Shown: positions 37,415 through 50,969 of the stretch, in pieces
Layout of the letters: the number at the start of each line of letters is the position of its first letter
How positions within the stretch are numbered: the first letter of the stretch is position 1
DNA from: Octopus sinensis
Lineage: Eukaryota
Reading direction: 5' to 3'
DNA: 64,000 nucleotides
Assembly (NCBI RefSeq): GCF_006345805.1
Contig: NC_043013.1
Location: forward strand, 47,430,001-47,494,000
Program-made: the position numbers and the translations under genes
The notes under the pieces: generated by a model
Told to the model about the DNA's origin: nothing
Seen by the model: only the letters and a program-made list of their open reading frames with translations
Databases searched by the model: none

Positions 37415-39375
37415 AGCAAATTAGAAGTGAAAAAGAAAAGAGGTTTAAACTAAGGGTCAGGAACCGTGAGGGAATGCAGTTTTATGAGGACCGAGATAAA
37501 ATAGGAAGGATATTCAGGGATGTGCGTATAGGAAGATATCGGAATCCTTGTCTTGAGATAGGCAAAAGAGGGACAGGATTGTGTTTTAGGGGAGTTGTAT
37601 CTGCGTGGAGGTGCACAAGTGCCGAAGTATAGGGACATAGATAAGTGGTGGTATGATGTGTAGCTACGTGGATGTAATCGTATTGGGAGTGAGTGTGTGT
37701 GTTTGATGAGTCGAGAGGGGTTACAAATGTGAAGGAGAAGGGGAGGCAAGTAGAATGTGGAGGATATAACAGAATAATGTGCAAAACTGTGAGAGGCTGC
37801 TCCATGAAAGGAAGACTTCGACAAAGGAACGAACGGGGGAGGAGTTCGAAAAAATATAATTGCAACACAATATTTCTACAAAGCCATTTGTTTCGTGAAA
37901 GAACAAAATTAGTGAGGCACGTGGAAGGGTGAAAGGAATTCAACTGAGGTGGGTGCACGTATCGGAATGTTAAGAATATAAACGGAAGGGAAAGAAAAGA
38001 AATGAATAAAGGGAAAAATAAACAAGAGAAGCGAAAAAGAAATGGAAGTTGCGTGCACAGGGAGAGAAAAGTGAGAGGAAAATAGCAATTAAAAAAATTG
38101 GCGAAAAAATTATTAGCAAAGAACATCGATATAAAATAGTTAAATGTTCTATGAAACAATAAATTTAAAAGTATCGCAACTCTGATGAAAAGTCCGGAGA
38201 AGGATATTCATAATATGGTGAGGAACTGATAGTGCAGGGCCAACGTCCGTTGCACTCGACGCTGGTCTTCTACTAGTTTAGCGACCGATACCTGTCGACA
38301 TACAGTAGATTACTTCGACTTCCTAAAGCGTTCATGGTGCACTAACATTTCCTGCGATGATCTCGTCGCTCTCCGCTCTCATCGATGGTGTGACGATATC
38401 GTCATCAAACCATTTGAGAAGGTCTTAGGTGGTAGAGTGGTGTACCAACCTCTACAGCTCAGGAACACATTTTTCTGCCTTCGGTCCACACCCGGTACCA
38501 ACATCGCATTTCCTCCGTCACATTTCTGCCAACTCATTACCACCTACCTATGCACCCTTTTCATGCCAATGATTGCTGCTATCCTCTCCTACTTTTAATT
38601 TTCCTATATGAATATTATATAGTAAGAAATTTCTCATAAATTTTTCTCGTACTTTCTCTAAATTTTTCTCAAATTTTGCTGTACTTTTTTCTAACTTTTC
38701 TTTCACCCCCACCACGGACATGCACACTTTTCTCTTTTTCGCTTTTCGATGTTTTATTTTTTCTTCTTTTCTCCCTTCCGTTTATACTCCAAACTCTATC
38801 GCACTCCTCTCGCACTTCCTCGATCCGTACTAATTTTCTTCTATAGCAGAATTAAAAACTGTTTAGATCTAATTTTGCCTTCTTCAATTTTTCTCTTATT
38901 CCTCTTTCACCTCTCTTTTCTCCCTCAACTGCCACCAGTCTATCTCTTTTCTTCTCTTCTCCATGCCCTCTTTCCATGCAACAGCATCTCGTCGCTAATT
39001 ATCTGCACTCATTTCTCTTGTTCTTTCTTTCATCTCACAGTTACTTCCGCTCCTACATCCTAATTTCCATTCATTCCCAACACAGACATAAAATACGGTT
39101 ACATACGCAGACCAATACTTCACACTCCAACTAGCCCACACTACTATACTTCGGCACTTGTATAACTCTACATTCAACCAGTCCCCATAAACACACACGC
39201 GTCCTCTTATTTCCATCTCAAAATTGATACATTCCAATACGTGTACATGCCTCTTATCTATTCGCATCGCACAGCCGATAGAACAGTATTTTTACCATTT
39301 TAATCTCGCACCCGTTTATTTCCTTATTTTCTTTCAACTAAATCACTGTTTTTCTTTATTACCTCTTCAAAGCTT

Positions 39376-39412
39376 TTCTTGTGATGACTGACTTACGCCC
39401 GAAACGTTGAGG
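39376..39412 (+). ncRNA. Degenerate type I hammerhead motif
   Basis: UCUU-GUGAUGA-CUGACUUACGCCC-GAAAC-GUU-GAGG. C3 is mutated and stem II has decayed. Confidence 0.4.
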
Positions 39413-39504
39413 TTATATCCCTTCATGCTGCATGTGTTATCTTTCTATTTTAGTTTTTTCCGTACATTTAAAATGCAATCGCAACGCTTAAACATAGTGT
39501 GTAT

Positions 39505-39597
<93 letters not shown>

Positions 39598-39752
39598 TTC
39601 TTGTCAAATAATTGACTGTGCCTCACAACAAAGATTCATTCTAAAGCGCTATATGTTGACAACAGCATAAACCATAGCAGATTTCACATAAAAGTTACAA
39701 TATGTATTCACCAAGTTTTTCCTTTTAGCACAGCCAATAACTATATAAAAGG

Positions 39753-39788
<36 letters not shown>

Positions 39789-40111
39789 ACAGCTTGTATG
39801 CTTGCAAGAACATGTGTGTGTTTGTGTGTGTGTGTACCTGTTCGTGTGTGTGTGTGTGTACCTGTTCGTGTGTGTGTGCGTGAAGAATGCGTTGGTGTGT
39901 GTTTGTGTCTGTGTCATTGTGTGTGCGTGCGTATAACAAAAATAGTACTGACACTTGAGAAATTTGAAATAGAATTTACGACAACGGAACAACGTTGGTA
40001 TCTGTCTATCTATCTATCTTTCTAGCTATCGATCTATCTATCTATCTACCTATCTACGTAGCTGTCTGTCTGTCTATCTGTCTATCTATTTATCTATCTA
40101 TCTATCTATAC

Positions 40112-40142
<31 letters not shown>

Positions 40143-40235
40143 TATACACACACACATATATATATATATATATGAATATATATATATGTATGTATACATG
40201 TTCGTATATCCATGCATGTATGTATGTTTGCATGA

Positions 40236-40269
<34 letters not shown>

Positions 40270-40901
40270 GCATATACTTCATTGCGCACACTCGTACGAT
40301 ACAGACAGATAGACAATAATAATGCATATTCATTTGCTCGCATACACACATTTATACAGATTTTCTGTGTGTACACACCTCTGTGTTTGCGTATGGGTGT
40401 GGATATGTTAAATGCGTATGTTCCATGGTATGTATGTGTATGCCTGTACTTGTATGCGGCGACGTATACGCCGAACAATACATGTATCAGTGCGTATGAG
40501 ACTAGAAGAAAAGAGAGTAGGACATTTGTTCATGTGCATACTTGTGATGAAAAAAACGGAGACAATAGAAAAACCAAACTGCCTTGAATTCTCCCCAAAT
40601 ATAGAAGAACACTGCATTTTGTTTCGATGCAGTCTCACTGTGGCTCTGCACAATTCTCTATTGTCTGCCGCATCTTTTTTCTTATTTCGCAGCGATTCCT
40701 TGAATATTAGCTCAATGTGAGGAAGGAAACAAAAGTAAACATACATTGAAGGACGTTTTGTTAGAAATGTCCTTTACTTCAAAGTTATGCTCGGCAGACA
40801 TATTTTTTTTTTTACAGTTCTAAACTTTAAAAAAAAAACAAGCAAACAAATACATACTATACACATACATATATACAGGTATATATATATATATATACCT
40901 G

Positions 40902-40964
<63 letters not shown>

Positions 40965-41066
40965 CATACATATATATATATATATTATACATACTTACAC
41001 ATATACATAGTATATATGTATGTATATATATATGTTTTAGATGTGTATAAATATATTACAACACAC

Positions 41067-41103
<37 letters not shown>

Positions 41104-41114
41104 GTATATATATA

Positions 41115-41217
<103 letters not shown>

Positions 41218-41235
41218 TGTATGTATGTATGTATG

Positions 41236-41268
<33 letters not shown>

Positions 41269-41489
41269 GTATATATAGCTTGGCATGATACGACCAACTG
41301 TGAACTTATTTACACCGTTTAAATCGTGTGGTGTTCTGAAACTGAATTTCTGAAGAGTCAGATTTTGAAAAAAAAAAAAAAGAAAGAAAGAAAGAAGAAG
41401 AATAATAGATGAAGAAAATAAAATTGCTGCATTTATATCGCTTCAGACCATAACCATGCTGATGATGATTAAGAGGATGATCGTCATCA

Positions 41490-41577
41490 TCATAGTGGCA
41501 AGTCAGCATCATCATCACCATCGTCGTCATCGTCGTCGTCGTCGTCGTTGTCGTCTTCGTTGTCTTCGTCGTTGTCG

Positions 41578-41615
<38 letters not shown>

Positions 41616-41783
41616 GTCGTGATCATCATCATCATAATCATCATCGTCGTCGTCATCATCATCATCATCATCGTCATCATCATCATCATCACCATTGTCA
41701 TCGTTGATGTCGTCGTCGTTGCCGTCGCCGTCGTCATTATCGTCGACTTCGTCGTCATAATAACAACAACAACAATAATGATG

Positions 41784-41823
<40 letters not shown>

Positions 41824-41837
41824 CAACAACAATAATG

Positions 41838-41907
<70 letters not shown>

Positions 41908-41915
41908 TAATAATG

Positions 41916-41946
<31 letters not shown>

Positions 41947-42583
41947 TAATAGTGATAATAATAATAATTACAACAACACTAACAACAACATCATGTTTAG
42001 CTATATTTACATAGATTATCCAATGTTTTCTGCTATTTTTTCATCAGTTTCCAGAGGAAGAATGACGAAAGTATTTTTAGCTATTTTACTCTTAGAATGC
42101 AGCTATGACATTTCATTGATGCTATTGTTGTTGTTGTTGCTACTGTTGTTGTTGTTCTTCTTCTTCTTCTTCTTGCTCTCCTTCCTCGTATATCGTTTTA
42201 ACGATATCAAGACATTTTTGTTGCTGTTGTTTTTGTTGGTGGTGGTATTGCCGCCGTTGTATCTATTGTTGTCGTTGTTGCTTCTGTATTTTGTTTCTGT
42301 TGCTGTTGATATTCTTAATGGTGTTGTTGTTGTTGTTGTTGTTGTTGTGGTGGTGTGGTGGTGGTGGTGGTTCTGATTGATATTGTTGTTGTTTTTTATT
42401 TACTTTCACCGTTATTATCTTTGTTGTGATATCACACAATGTAAAACCATCATCATTTCCTAATTTGTCCTTGTATTATGCCCAATCCATCACCCTTGAA
42501 GCAGTGACAGAAATTACTATCATTGTTATTATTATTTTCATCATCATCATCGTCATCATCATCATCATCATCATCATCATCAA

Positions 42584-42616
<33 letters not shown>

Positions 42617-42632
42617 TTTCATCATCATCATT

Positions 42633-42695
<63 letters not shown>

Positions 42696-43205
42696 GTCAT
42701 CATCATAATCATCATCGTCATCATCATCATTATCATCATCATCATCATCCTCCTCCTCCTCATCATCATCATCATTATCACCATCATCATTATTTAGGCG
42801 GCAAGCCGACAGAATCGTTAGCACCCCGGGTAAAAATGCTTATCACATTTTGCCGAATTCTCGACATTGCATTTCATCATTTTGGAGGTCGATAAAATAA
42901 GTACCAGTTGAACCCTGGGATCGATGTAATCGACTTAGACCTCCACAAGAAATTCCTGAACTTGTGCGACAATTTGAAACCATTATTATTATCATCATTA
43001 TTACTAAGGTGGCAGTATCTTCAGAATGCCGGAGAAAATGCTCTGCAGCACTTCTTGCAGTCCTTTACCTTAGGCGTTCAAATCCTGTCGAGGCCAAGTT
43101 TGTCTTTTATCATTGCTTTGGGGCGATAAAAAGTAAAAATACCAGTCAATAACTGGGATCGATGGAACCGACTACCGCGGCAAAATTTGGAAACCATTAT
43201 TATTA

Positions 43206-43240
<35 letters not shown>

Positions 43241-43340
43241 GTTGTTGTTGTTGTTATTGTTGTTGTTGATGATGATTTTGTTGTTGTTATTGTTATTATT
43301 GTTATTATTATTATTGTTATTGTTATTATTATTATTATTA

Positions 43341-43385
<45 letters not shown>

Positions 43386-43414
43386 ATGTTGTTGTTGTTG
43401 TTATTGTTATTATT

Positions 43415-43461
<47 letters not shown>

Positions 43462-43625
43462 TGTTTTGTTATTATTATTATTATTATTATTGTTATTATT
43501 ATTATTATTATTATTGTTATTATTATTATTATTATTAGCAGCAGTAGTAGTAGTAGTAGTAGTAGTAGTAGTTGTAGTAGTAGTTGTAGTAGTAGTTGTA
43601 GTAGTAGTAGTAATAGTAGTAGTAA

Positions 43626-43690
<65 letters not shown>
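41490..43690. repeat. Cluster of compound trinucleotide arrays (CAT/CGT, AAT/AAC/GAT, GTT, ATT, AGT)
   Basis: Direct inspection. These arrays account for the poly-I/M/D/S/V/L ORFs. Confidence 0.95.
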
Positions 43691-43870
43691 TCGTTGTCAG
43701 AATATGTTGGGCAGTATTTCTTCTGGCTCTTATCGTTCTGAGTTCAAATTCAGAGGCACTCAACTTTGCCATTCATCCTTTCAGGAACCAAAAAATATAG
43801 GTACAGTTGAGCACTAGGGGTGATGTAACTGACCAGCACCCTTTCGCTGAATTTGATAACCAAAATCAGA
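42796..43870 (+). mobile_element. Three family A SINEs separated by trinucleotide tracts
   Basis: Approximately 42796-42980, 43005-43195 and 43695-43870. The first two tails run GAAACC directly into (ATT)n. Confidence 0.7.
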
Positions 43871-44819
43871 AGGAATTATAGAATGTTGCCAAGTTCTTCT
43901 ACAACTAGAATGTCCAGTGGAGACAAAAAAGGTGTTATTTAGTGTTAATTAGTGTTAACAAGGATATTCAAAGCTGATGAAAATATTCAGAAGTGCCAAA
44001 GAAGTTTATGTTTATCGAAAAGGCTCGTGTTTAACAAATGCTGTTTGAGAATAGCCTTACAATGTTATAGGCCTTATTATTGCTATTTTCTGGAACGTGC
44101 CGACGTCATTCTTCACAAATAGTTCGTGACTGCTTTAATTGAAACAGTTCTCTGCCTCTCCGGTCGCGCCATTTACAAGCGACATATACATCCTTTAACT
44201 GTTCTAATGTTTTCACTCAAAGAGCCAAGTCCGTTTCATTCTCGAGCTTTTCGGTTTACTTTACATACCATAAAATTTATTTCGTATAACTATGTCATAA
44301 CATTCTATTGGAAATGTTGTCATGGAGAATGGTTATCAAGTTTAGTATGTACTATCAGATGGTCTGGCTGTATGCTAACGCTATAATTTCTTAGTATTTT
44401 CACATTGCCATTTTCTGAAATAGATTCATATCAATACCAGGCAATTTTTTTCAGCAACTGTTAAAATTTAGTTATAGAATATCTTTGCTACGTTGTTGTG
44501 TCTCCAACAACTACAACTATCACACTCGCAACATACATAAAAATTAACAAGAACATCTTTTACATCAAGCCACATACACTATAAAAAAAAAATAAAGCGA
44601 AAAGTAATGACAATTTCATGAAAAACACATTATTTAGAAAATAATGCCAGCGATTCTTTCGTCAACAGCTACATTCATCCGGACACGCTTAGAATATCAA
44701 GCGAAAATTAATTTTGAGAATGGCAGTTCCGAATGTGTTACCAGAAAACAGAAGGATTTGACATGAACAAACTCGAGAAAGAACGGTCGCTTGGCAAATT
44801 TACATTAAGTTACACAGTC

Positions 44820-45860
44820 TGTCGTTTCTTGAACAATATATACAAGAATTAGCGAGCGAGCATAAATATCCCCAAACCGTGCGTTTTAAAAATTGGTGAT
44901 AGTGTTCAGCTGAAAGAATTCATCCTCGATATATCAAAGAAATCATCTTGATTGAGCTCATTATGGCTTACAGTTGTATCTGAGTGGATTTGGGAATTGA
45001 GGGCACAAATCCAAAACAGGCTGAAATAGCGAGGCACCCTGTATAAGGTACAAAGATTTTACATGGGTGACTGTTAAGGGCATCGAAAATTATATCGATC
45101 TTTAGGTCTTAGTCACTTTCGTACTGCTGTGCATACAGTTGGTTAGCGCAAAGAGCGGAGGGTCGATATGAAGTTGTGAGCAGTCAGAATGGAGTTATAA
45201 ATCCCAATGATTCGGGAAACCCACGTAAGTTTGACCAATTTGAGAGGACAACGACAAATAGTAGCAAACTGATAGAACAGAACTAGAAGCCGAGTTGCTA
45301 CACGTGGTAGGAAAACCATCAAAGGTATTCTAATTGCAAGAACAGAAGGAAAAGACAGACAGCAGCAATAGAGATGATGTCTATAATTGTAAGAGGCTGA
45401 TGCACTTAAAACACTACACGTCAAGGCACTGGAAATAACAGAGGACTACTTTCCCTTTTTGATCCAATGAGCTCATCAGAAAGCGATAGGACTCTGGATT
45501 GAGGACAAACCTTAACCGGCGGTAATGGTGAAGAGGAAATGAAGGAAAGTGAATGATCGACAACACCAACACAATTCCAGGATGATACTGCTCAAGTAGC
45601 ACCACTAGTAAGAGCACGGATTGCAACGGTGCGAAAAGCCGGAGACTGTACCTCATCCTTAATACCGGAAATCGTCGAATGGAATCCTCCTACTCCTACA
45701 GCATCGGCAATGAGATGTGATCGGAGCCGAAGAGAAATGGAGACCGTTGAAAAAAAAGCAGGAAGGGGATCCAGCATGAAAGCAAAGGCAAGCCCAGTCA
45801 AAAGTTCTCTAAGATGCTACGAAGACGGCGATGATGGCGACTATGAGGGCGTTACATAAA
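44820..45860 (+). mobile_element. Decayed LTR-retrotransposon fragments (BEL/Pao- or Gypsy-like)
   Basis: EQYIQELASEHKYPQTVRFKIGDSVQLKE resembles an integrase C-terminus. SCYTW*ENHQRYSNC looks like a broken CCHC knuckle, and a DSG motif follows. Confidence 0.3.
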
Positions 45861-46140
45861 ACGAGCCAGTTTCCAATGTACTCAATAGCACTAATGTGGA
45901 ATGTCAGAGTTTATCTTGAGGTACTAATGATAGACGTCTAAACAGAGCAAATGACAGGCTTTCGGTAAGAACAATTCAAAAATATTACCACAAGTTAAGC
46001 AGGAAACGAATGTTCCTTAGCACTTTTGTATGCACCCAATTCTAGTATGGACAACGACGGTCGGGCAGAGACATAGGGTACTCCACTTCATAATCTCTCA
46101 TTTATGTGTAATTATTTTCATTGTTTAAATAAAATTATTA

Positions 46141-46194
<54 letters not shown>

Positions 46195-46199
46195 TATTA

Positions 46200-47530
46200 T
46201 TACAGCCTGATATTCGTGCAGAGTAACAATACACTTTTGCATAACGTCCGAACATTGCTGACCTGTGTGCTTATGCCGAACAGTTGCTCAAGAGAATGGA
46301 AAAAACTGGAGTCAACAAGAGTTATAACAATTACAGGATACATTACCCTACTAGCACCGCAAGTTGTATAATTGATTTATATCTCCTCAAAGTGTTTGAG
46401 AATCAGAGCCGTCCTCCATCCAGAGACTGACTAATAGAAGCTTTTTCATTCCGTAGGGGTACAGCGGAATCCGGAGTTAAAAATGAAAAGCGCCAAAGAA
46501 AATAATGCAATAAGATTCAGCAGAAAAGACGAACCAAATTCAAAGGCTTAGTAACTCAGCAAAGTTTGACGATATCAAGTTCAAATGATTATCTGGAAAA
46601 TGAAGCAGTTTTCTCGTAAACCTAAAACTAAGAATGTTTGGCATGTGCACATTTGCTCTTATTTTCAACAAAAATCGATGACTTGCGTGTCTTTTGTATT
46701 CCAGCCAAACAAGGTCTTCGGTATTTCTATTTTAAACTTTACATTCTTAGTTTTAGGTTTACGAGAAAACTGCTTCATTTTCCAGATAATCATCTGAACT
46801 TGATATCGTCATACTTTGCTGAGTTACTCAGCCCTTGAATTTGGTTCGTCTTTTCTGCTGAATATTATTGCATTATTTTCTTTGGCGCTTTTCATTTAAC
46901 TCCGGATTTAAAAGTTTAAAATAGAAATACCGAAGACCTTGTTCGGCTGGAATACAAAAGACACGCAAGTCATCAACTTTTGGTGAAACTAAGAGCAAAT
47001 TTACACATACCAAAGCAGGAGTACACATAATATATGGTAGATGTTTTGCCTCGGTCCATCCAGAGAACGGTGTTATATTTAATTCGAGTATGAGCAGAAG
47101 TAGTCAGGCAGTGCTAGGAAGAGAGGTGATCGCACTCTTTTGGGTCATATGCTGAGATATGCCTGTGAGTGATGTTAGTCAATCGAATGACCTTTCGGTA
47201 AATGCCGCCCTGGATCTGTGTGTTGCATTAGCACTGTCTTAGTTGTGGAGACTTAACTTAATTTTTCTTCTAGAGTCCTTGTGGGCTGGAATATTTAGTC
47301 ACCAATTACCCCAACTCTATAACTCAACAAATGTGAAGTGAAGCCTCCGGGAGAAAAGAACTGGCAGTGTTTGGGATGCGGTCCTAACTATGCCAAGAAG
47401 AAAAGACTATCTAACTGCTTGGAAACAGCTGTAGATACATGTTTCTTCTTCAATAGTCATCATCAACAGTTGCGTTGTCTGCGGCAGAACGTGAGATTTA
47501 GACTTACACAAAACAAAGAGTAGAAGATAT
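46200..47530 (+). pseudogene. Decayed Dong/R4-like LINE C-terminal region starting at an (ATT)n tract
   Basis: Reads LHPETD..KLF/IP*GYSGIRS (HPKxDxxRLYxPRxxGGRGL-like), TEDL..AGIQ..QVIN (TEGFxxAIQDQVI-like) and VIALFWVIC. It is interrupted by the inversion insert. Confidence 0.45.
46468..47014. repeat. Interleaved inverted repeats A-B-rc(A)-rc(B)
   Basis: A 46468-46637 pairs with 46741-46908 (about 5 substitutions and 1 indel). B 46638-46740 pairs with 46911-47014 (about 8 substitutions). Confidence 0.9.
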
Positions 47531-47594
47531 TTGTATCCTAGATGATTCGCATAAATAACACGAAAATGAGCTAATGTAAGAAATAATGCATTAC

Positions 47595-48010
47595 ATTACA
47601 GTTGCCTTACCACTGCAGTGAGTACTCCATCACAACTACGATGTTATTACTGCATTGAGTATCCTTGCTGTATCACAACATTGAGCAATCTAGCTATACC
47701 ACTAAAGTGTTTACTTCAGTTACACGCTTGTATTGCATACGCCAGTTTATTTCTGTGTTGAGTAACCCAGTAATGCCGCTACATTGAGCACTGCAGCAGT
47801 ATCAGCGCACTGAGTATCCCAACAACTCTACAGTTTTTGAATCCCCGATCTATACCACCCAGTTATGCCTCAGTATTGCTTTTTCGAACTATGCACTAAT
47901 TGTTCCAATGCTTTACAACAATCTTAAGTGCTGCAGTATAACTTCTGTATTGAGTACACTAGCAATGCCACTGCATGGATATGAGAATTACCTCACTATA
48001 CCACTCGCGG
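47595..48010. repeat. Highly degenerate ~24-26-bp minisatellite
   Basis: Recurring TA(C/T)CACTGCATTGAGTA(C/T)CC-like units. Confidence 0.5.
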
Positions 48011-48396
48011 CAGCAGCGCTTTACGGTTCTGTCTTTCTATATATTGGTGGTAGGGAGATGAATCGCTGCTATATCTAGCAGCTGAATTTCCATCATTGAC
48101 GAGACACAGGACGTCTCTGCGCGGGAGGTGGCGGGGATTTATCTCCCCTTTAGCGATATAAACAAGCGTGCCTTTTGCACCAAAAGTCAGTATGAGAGTC
48201 TCTCTCTCATCATACCTACCGCGTTACAGTTTGTTCTAACAGAACATCTACGTTTAAGCGGGGATAAATATTACCACTGAGTATCACGGTAGGTGAGTAT
48301 CACAACTGCATATACGCATGTCTAACAATAAATGCACCAGACCTCAGAGTGATATGGCAGGAAACATGAAATTCCAAATAGCAGATATGGTTGTAT

Positions 48397-48570
48397 CTAT
48401 TTCTTTATTGCCCACAGGGGGCTAAACATAGAGGGGACAAACAAGGACAGACAAAGGGATTAAGCCAATTACATCGACCCCAGTGCGTAACTGGTACTTA
48501 TTTAATCGACCCCGAAAGGATGAAAGGCAAAGTCGACCTCGGCGGAATTTAAACCCTGAACGTAGCGTGT
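48397..48570 (-). mobile_element. SINE family A (tail A1), 5'-truncated
   Basis: Reverse complement of the core and A1 tail. Confidence 0.8.
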
Positions 48571-49339
48571 ATCACTAAGAAGTCCATCTCGTAACAATGT
48601 GATTCAGGGTTGGACAACTCTGCGCTGTACTTTGGCCAATTGTCTTCAACCACAGGTCATCTAAATTCTAGTGACTGGAACTCTTGAAAAGAAAGTCTTC
48701 AGTTCTGCCTTTCCACATCTGAACGAATATAAATAAGAAAAAAAAAAGCAAGGAATATAACGAGTTGAAGTTTCATTGTGTCTCGGGTTCGATTCTGAAC
48801 GCAGGTCGAAATAGAGACACTGATGTTTATATTGGTGAAAATGTACTATTGTTGTGTAATGCTTTTATAGAATAGCGGTGAAAAGAAGCCACTCAGTATT
48901 CAGCATTATCTTCGCGATATACGCTGCTGTACCGAAGAGAGGCTGAGAAATGAGAGCATGTTTCTGGGAGAAATGATTTAGATTTACATACAGCAGTCTT
49001 TCAGTCGGTGGACAGGAATATATGTAGCGAAATATAGCGGCAGTGTGGTGAAATGGCTGGCAGAGAGAAGGGGAGAGAAGGGGAGAGAGAGAGAGAGAGG
49101 GTGGAGTGGGAAGAATAAAGGGATGAAGAAAAGAAGAAGAGGAAGGAATAGATATTATAGAGGGGAGAAGAGGGAGGAGAGAGAGAGCAAGGGAAATAGA
49201 ATCCAACTCGCATTTGATTGCAGTTGGTATGGAGAGAGAGAGAGAGAGTGAAAGAGAGAGAAGAGAGAGCGAGAATAAGAGAGAGAGAGAGAAGAATATG
49301 TTAGATTCCTTGTGGTATGGAATGTAATGACAGGGATTA

Positions 49340-50110
49340 TTTAAAGGGTGTTAGTACTGGTGATGGTGTTGTTGTTATTGCTGTTGTTGTTGTTGTTGTT
49401 GTTGTTGGTGGTGGTGACGGCAGTGATGTTGACGGCAGATGATGACGGTGGTGATGGTGGAAATGACAGCGGCGTTGCTAATGGCGATGATGTCAACGAT
49501 GGCGATAGTGGTCGTAGCATCGGTGGCGATGGGCAGGAGTGGTGATGCTGAATGTGGTGACAATAGTTGGGCTGGAGTTGATGGCGATGGTAGTGGTAGT
49601 AGTAGTGGTATAGGCGGCGGTGATGGAGTTTGTTGTTGTTGCGGTAGTAGTGGCGGCGGCGGTGGAGGTGGTTGTGACAGCAGCGGTGAGAGTGTAATGT
49701 ATTGGAAGTGATGATAGTAGAGATATTGGTAATAGCGGTTGTAAACAGGGCAGAGATGATGATGATGATGATGACGACGACGATGACGATGATGATGACG
49801 ATGATAATGATGATGGTGATGATGATGGTGACAATGATGATGATGACGGCGACGATGATGATGATGGTAATGATGATGACGACGACGACGACGACGACAA
49901 CGACGATAATGACGACAACGATGATGATGATGGATGATGATATGATGATATTGAAGAGGGTAGGGAGCGGAGGAGGGAGGAGGGGGAGATGATGGGAGGG
50001 GAGGGGCGGAGAAAAGAGGAAGGGGAGGGGGAACGGAGAAGAGGAGGAACGGAGAGGAGCAGGAGGATGGAGGATTACCATGATAATGATGATGACGATG
50101 TTACTTGGTG
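49340..50110. repeat. Low-complexity GGT/GAT/GGC/GTT trinucleotide mosaic plus a purine tract
   Basis: Direct inspection. ORF 49341-50189 is homopolymeric read-through. Confidence 0.85.
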
Positions 50111-50454
50111 ATGGTGCTAATAGCATTGATGGTGGTTGCCATGGCAGGGGTGGCAATGTTATTGTCTTGTTGCATGTTTGTTTTAGCATTTTTTAATGAA
50201 AGGAAGTTGTGCAGTACCCGAGAATCTTCTCACTGCCTCCAAGAGTTATGAGATAATCTTTGCAACAAGTAGCATTCCTATAAAGGAAGCCAACGGCCGG
50301 AGGGCGATGCTTAACTGAGCTTCCGCACAGTTTCCGTATTCCAAATTTTCTTCACGCGCCTTTGGTCGAGACAACATTAAGGGATTGCTTCAGAGAATGC
50401 ATTGTAGGATTGAACCCAGAACAGCGTAGTAGCCATCCAGGTAATGATGGTAAT

Positions 50455-50610
50455 AGAAATAATTCGTTTCTACTCTAGGCACAAGGCTCGAAATTTTGGG
50501 GAGGGGGGGCCAGTCGATTAGATCACCCGCAGTATGCAACTGGTACTTAATTTATCGACCCCGAAAGGATGAAAGGCAAAGTCGACCTCGGCGGAATTGA
50601 AACTCAGAGT
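50455..50610 (-). mobile_element. SINE family A (third tail variant)
   Basis: Reverse complement of the core plus tail CCCTCCCCAAAATTTCGAGCCTTGTGCCTAGAGTAGAAACG. Confidence 0.75.
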
Positions 50611-50969
50611 TCTGTAACTACGGCAATGCTAGACCATTGTCTTTAGTTTGGTATTTTTATCCAACTCTATTTCTGGAACTGCTCAGTTAAGGGACAAACA
50701 TCATCATACATATACAATTATATATGTGTGTAATTGTAAGTTTGTGTGTGTCTATGTGTATGTGTGCACTCGCATGTGTGTGTGTATTTATCTGGGGTAC
50801 CATTGGTCTATCGTATCTGGCAATTATTCAGTATATCTTTTTGTATAGAACCGATTATAATGTCCAACGTACAAAAGACATTTTTACAAGATGATACGAT
50901 TGTGGTTAGAAGAGAAATACCACAGCGTTGCGAGTGACGGCAAAGTTGCTCAGTACTCTTTCTCAACCT

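Larger units (their letters stand above)
37374..39412. mobile_element. Penelope-like element(s): plus-strand body with an inverted terminal segment upstream
   Basis: 38359-38442 reads DLVALRSHRWCDDIVIKPFEKVLGGRVV (DIVIKPADKG-like). The 18-mer CTATACTTCGGCACTTGT is present at 39144-39161 (+) and 37615-37632 (-). Hammerhead-like motifs lie at both outer ends. Confidence 0.6.

Noticed and set aside
44100-44400. Minus-strand Cys-containing read resembling a piggyBac C-terminal finger
   Set aside because: Cys spacing is incomplete, and no TTAA/TIR or catalytic region was found.
48871-48981. Acceptor followed by NSGEKKPLSIQHYLRDIRCC...*
   Set aside because: No zinc-finger pattern despite the GEK-like start, no partner exon, and competing acceptors on the other strand.
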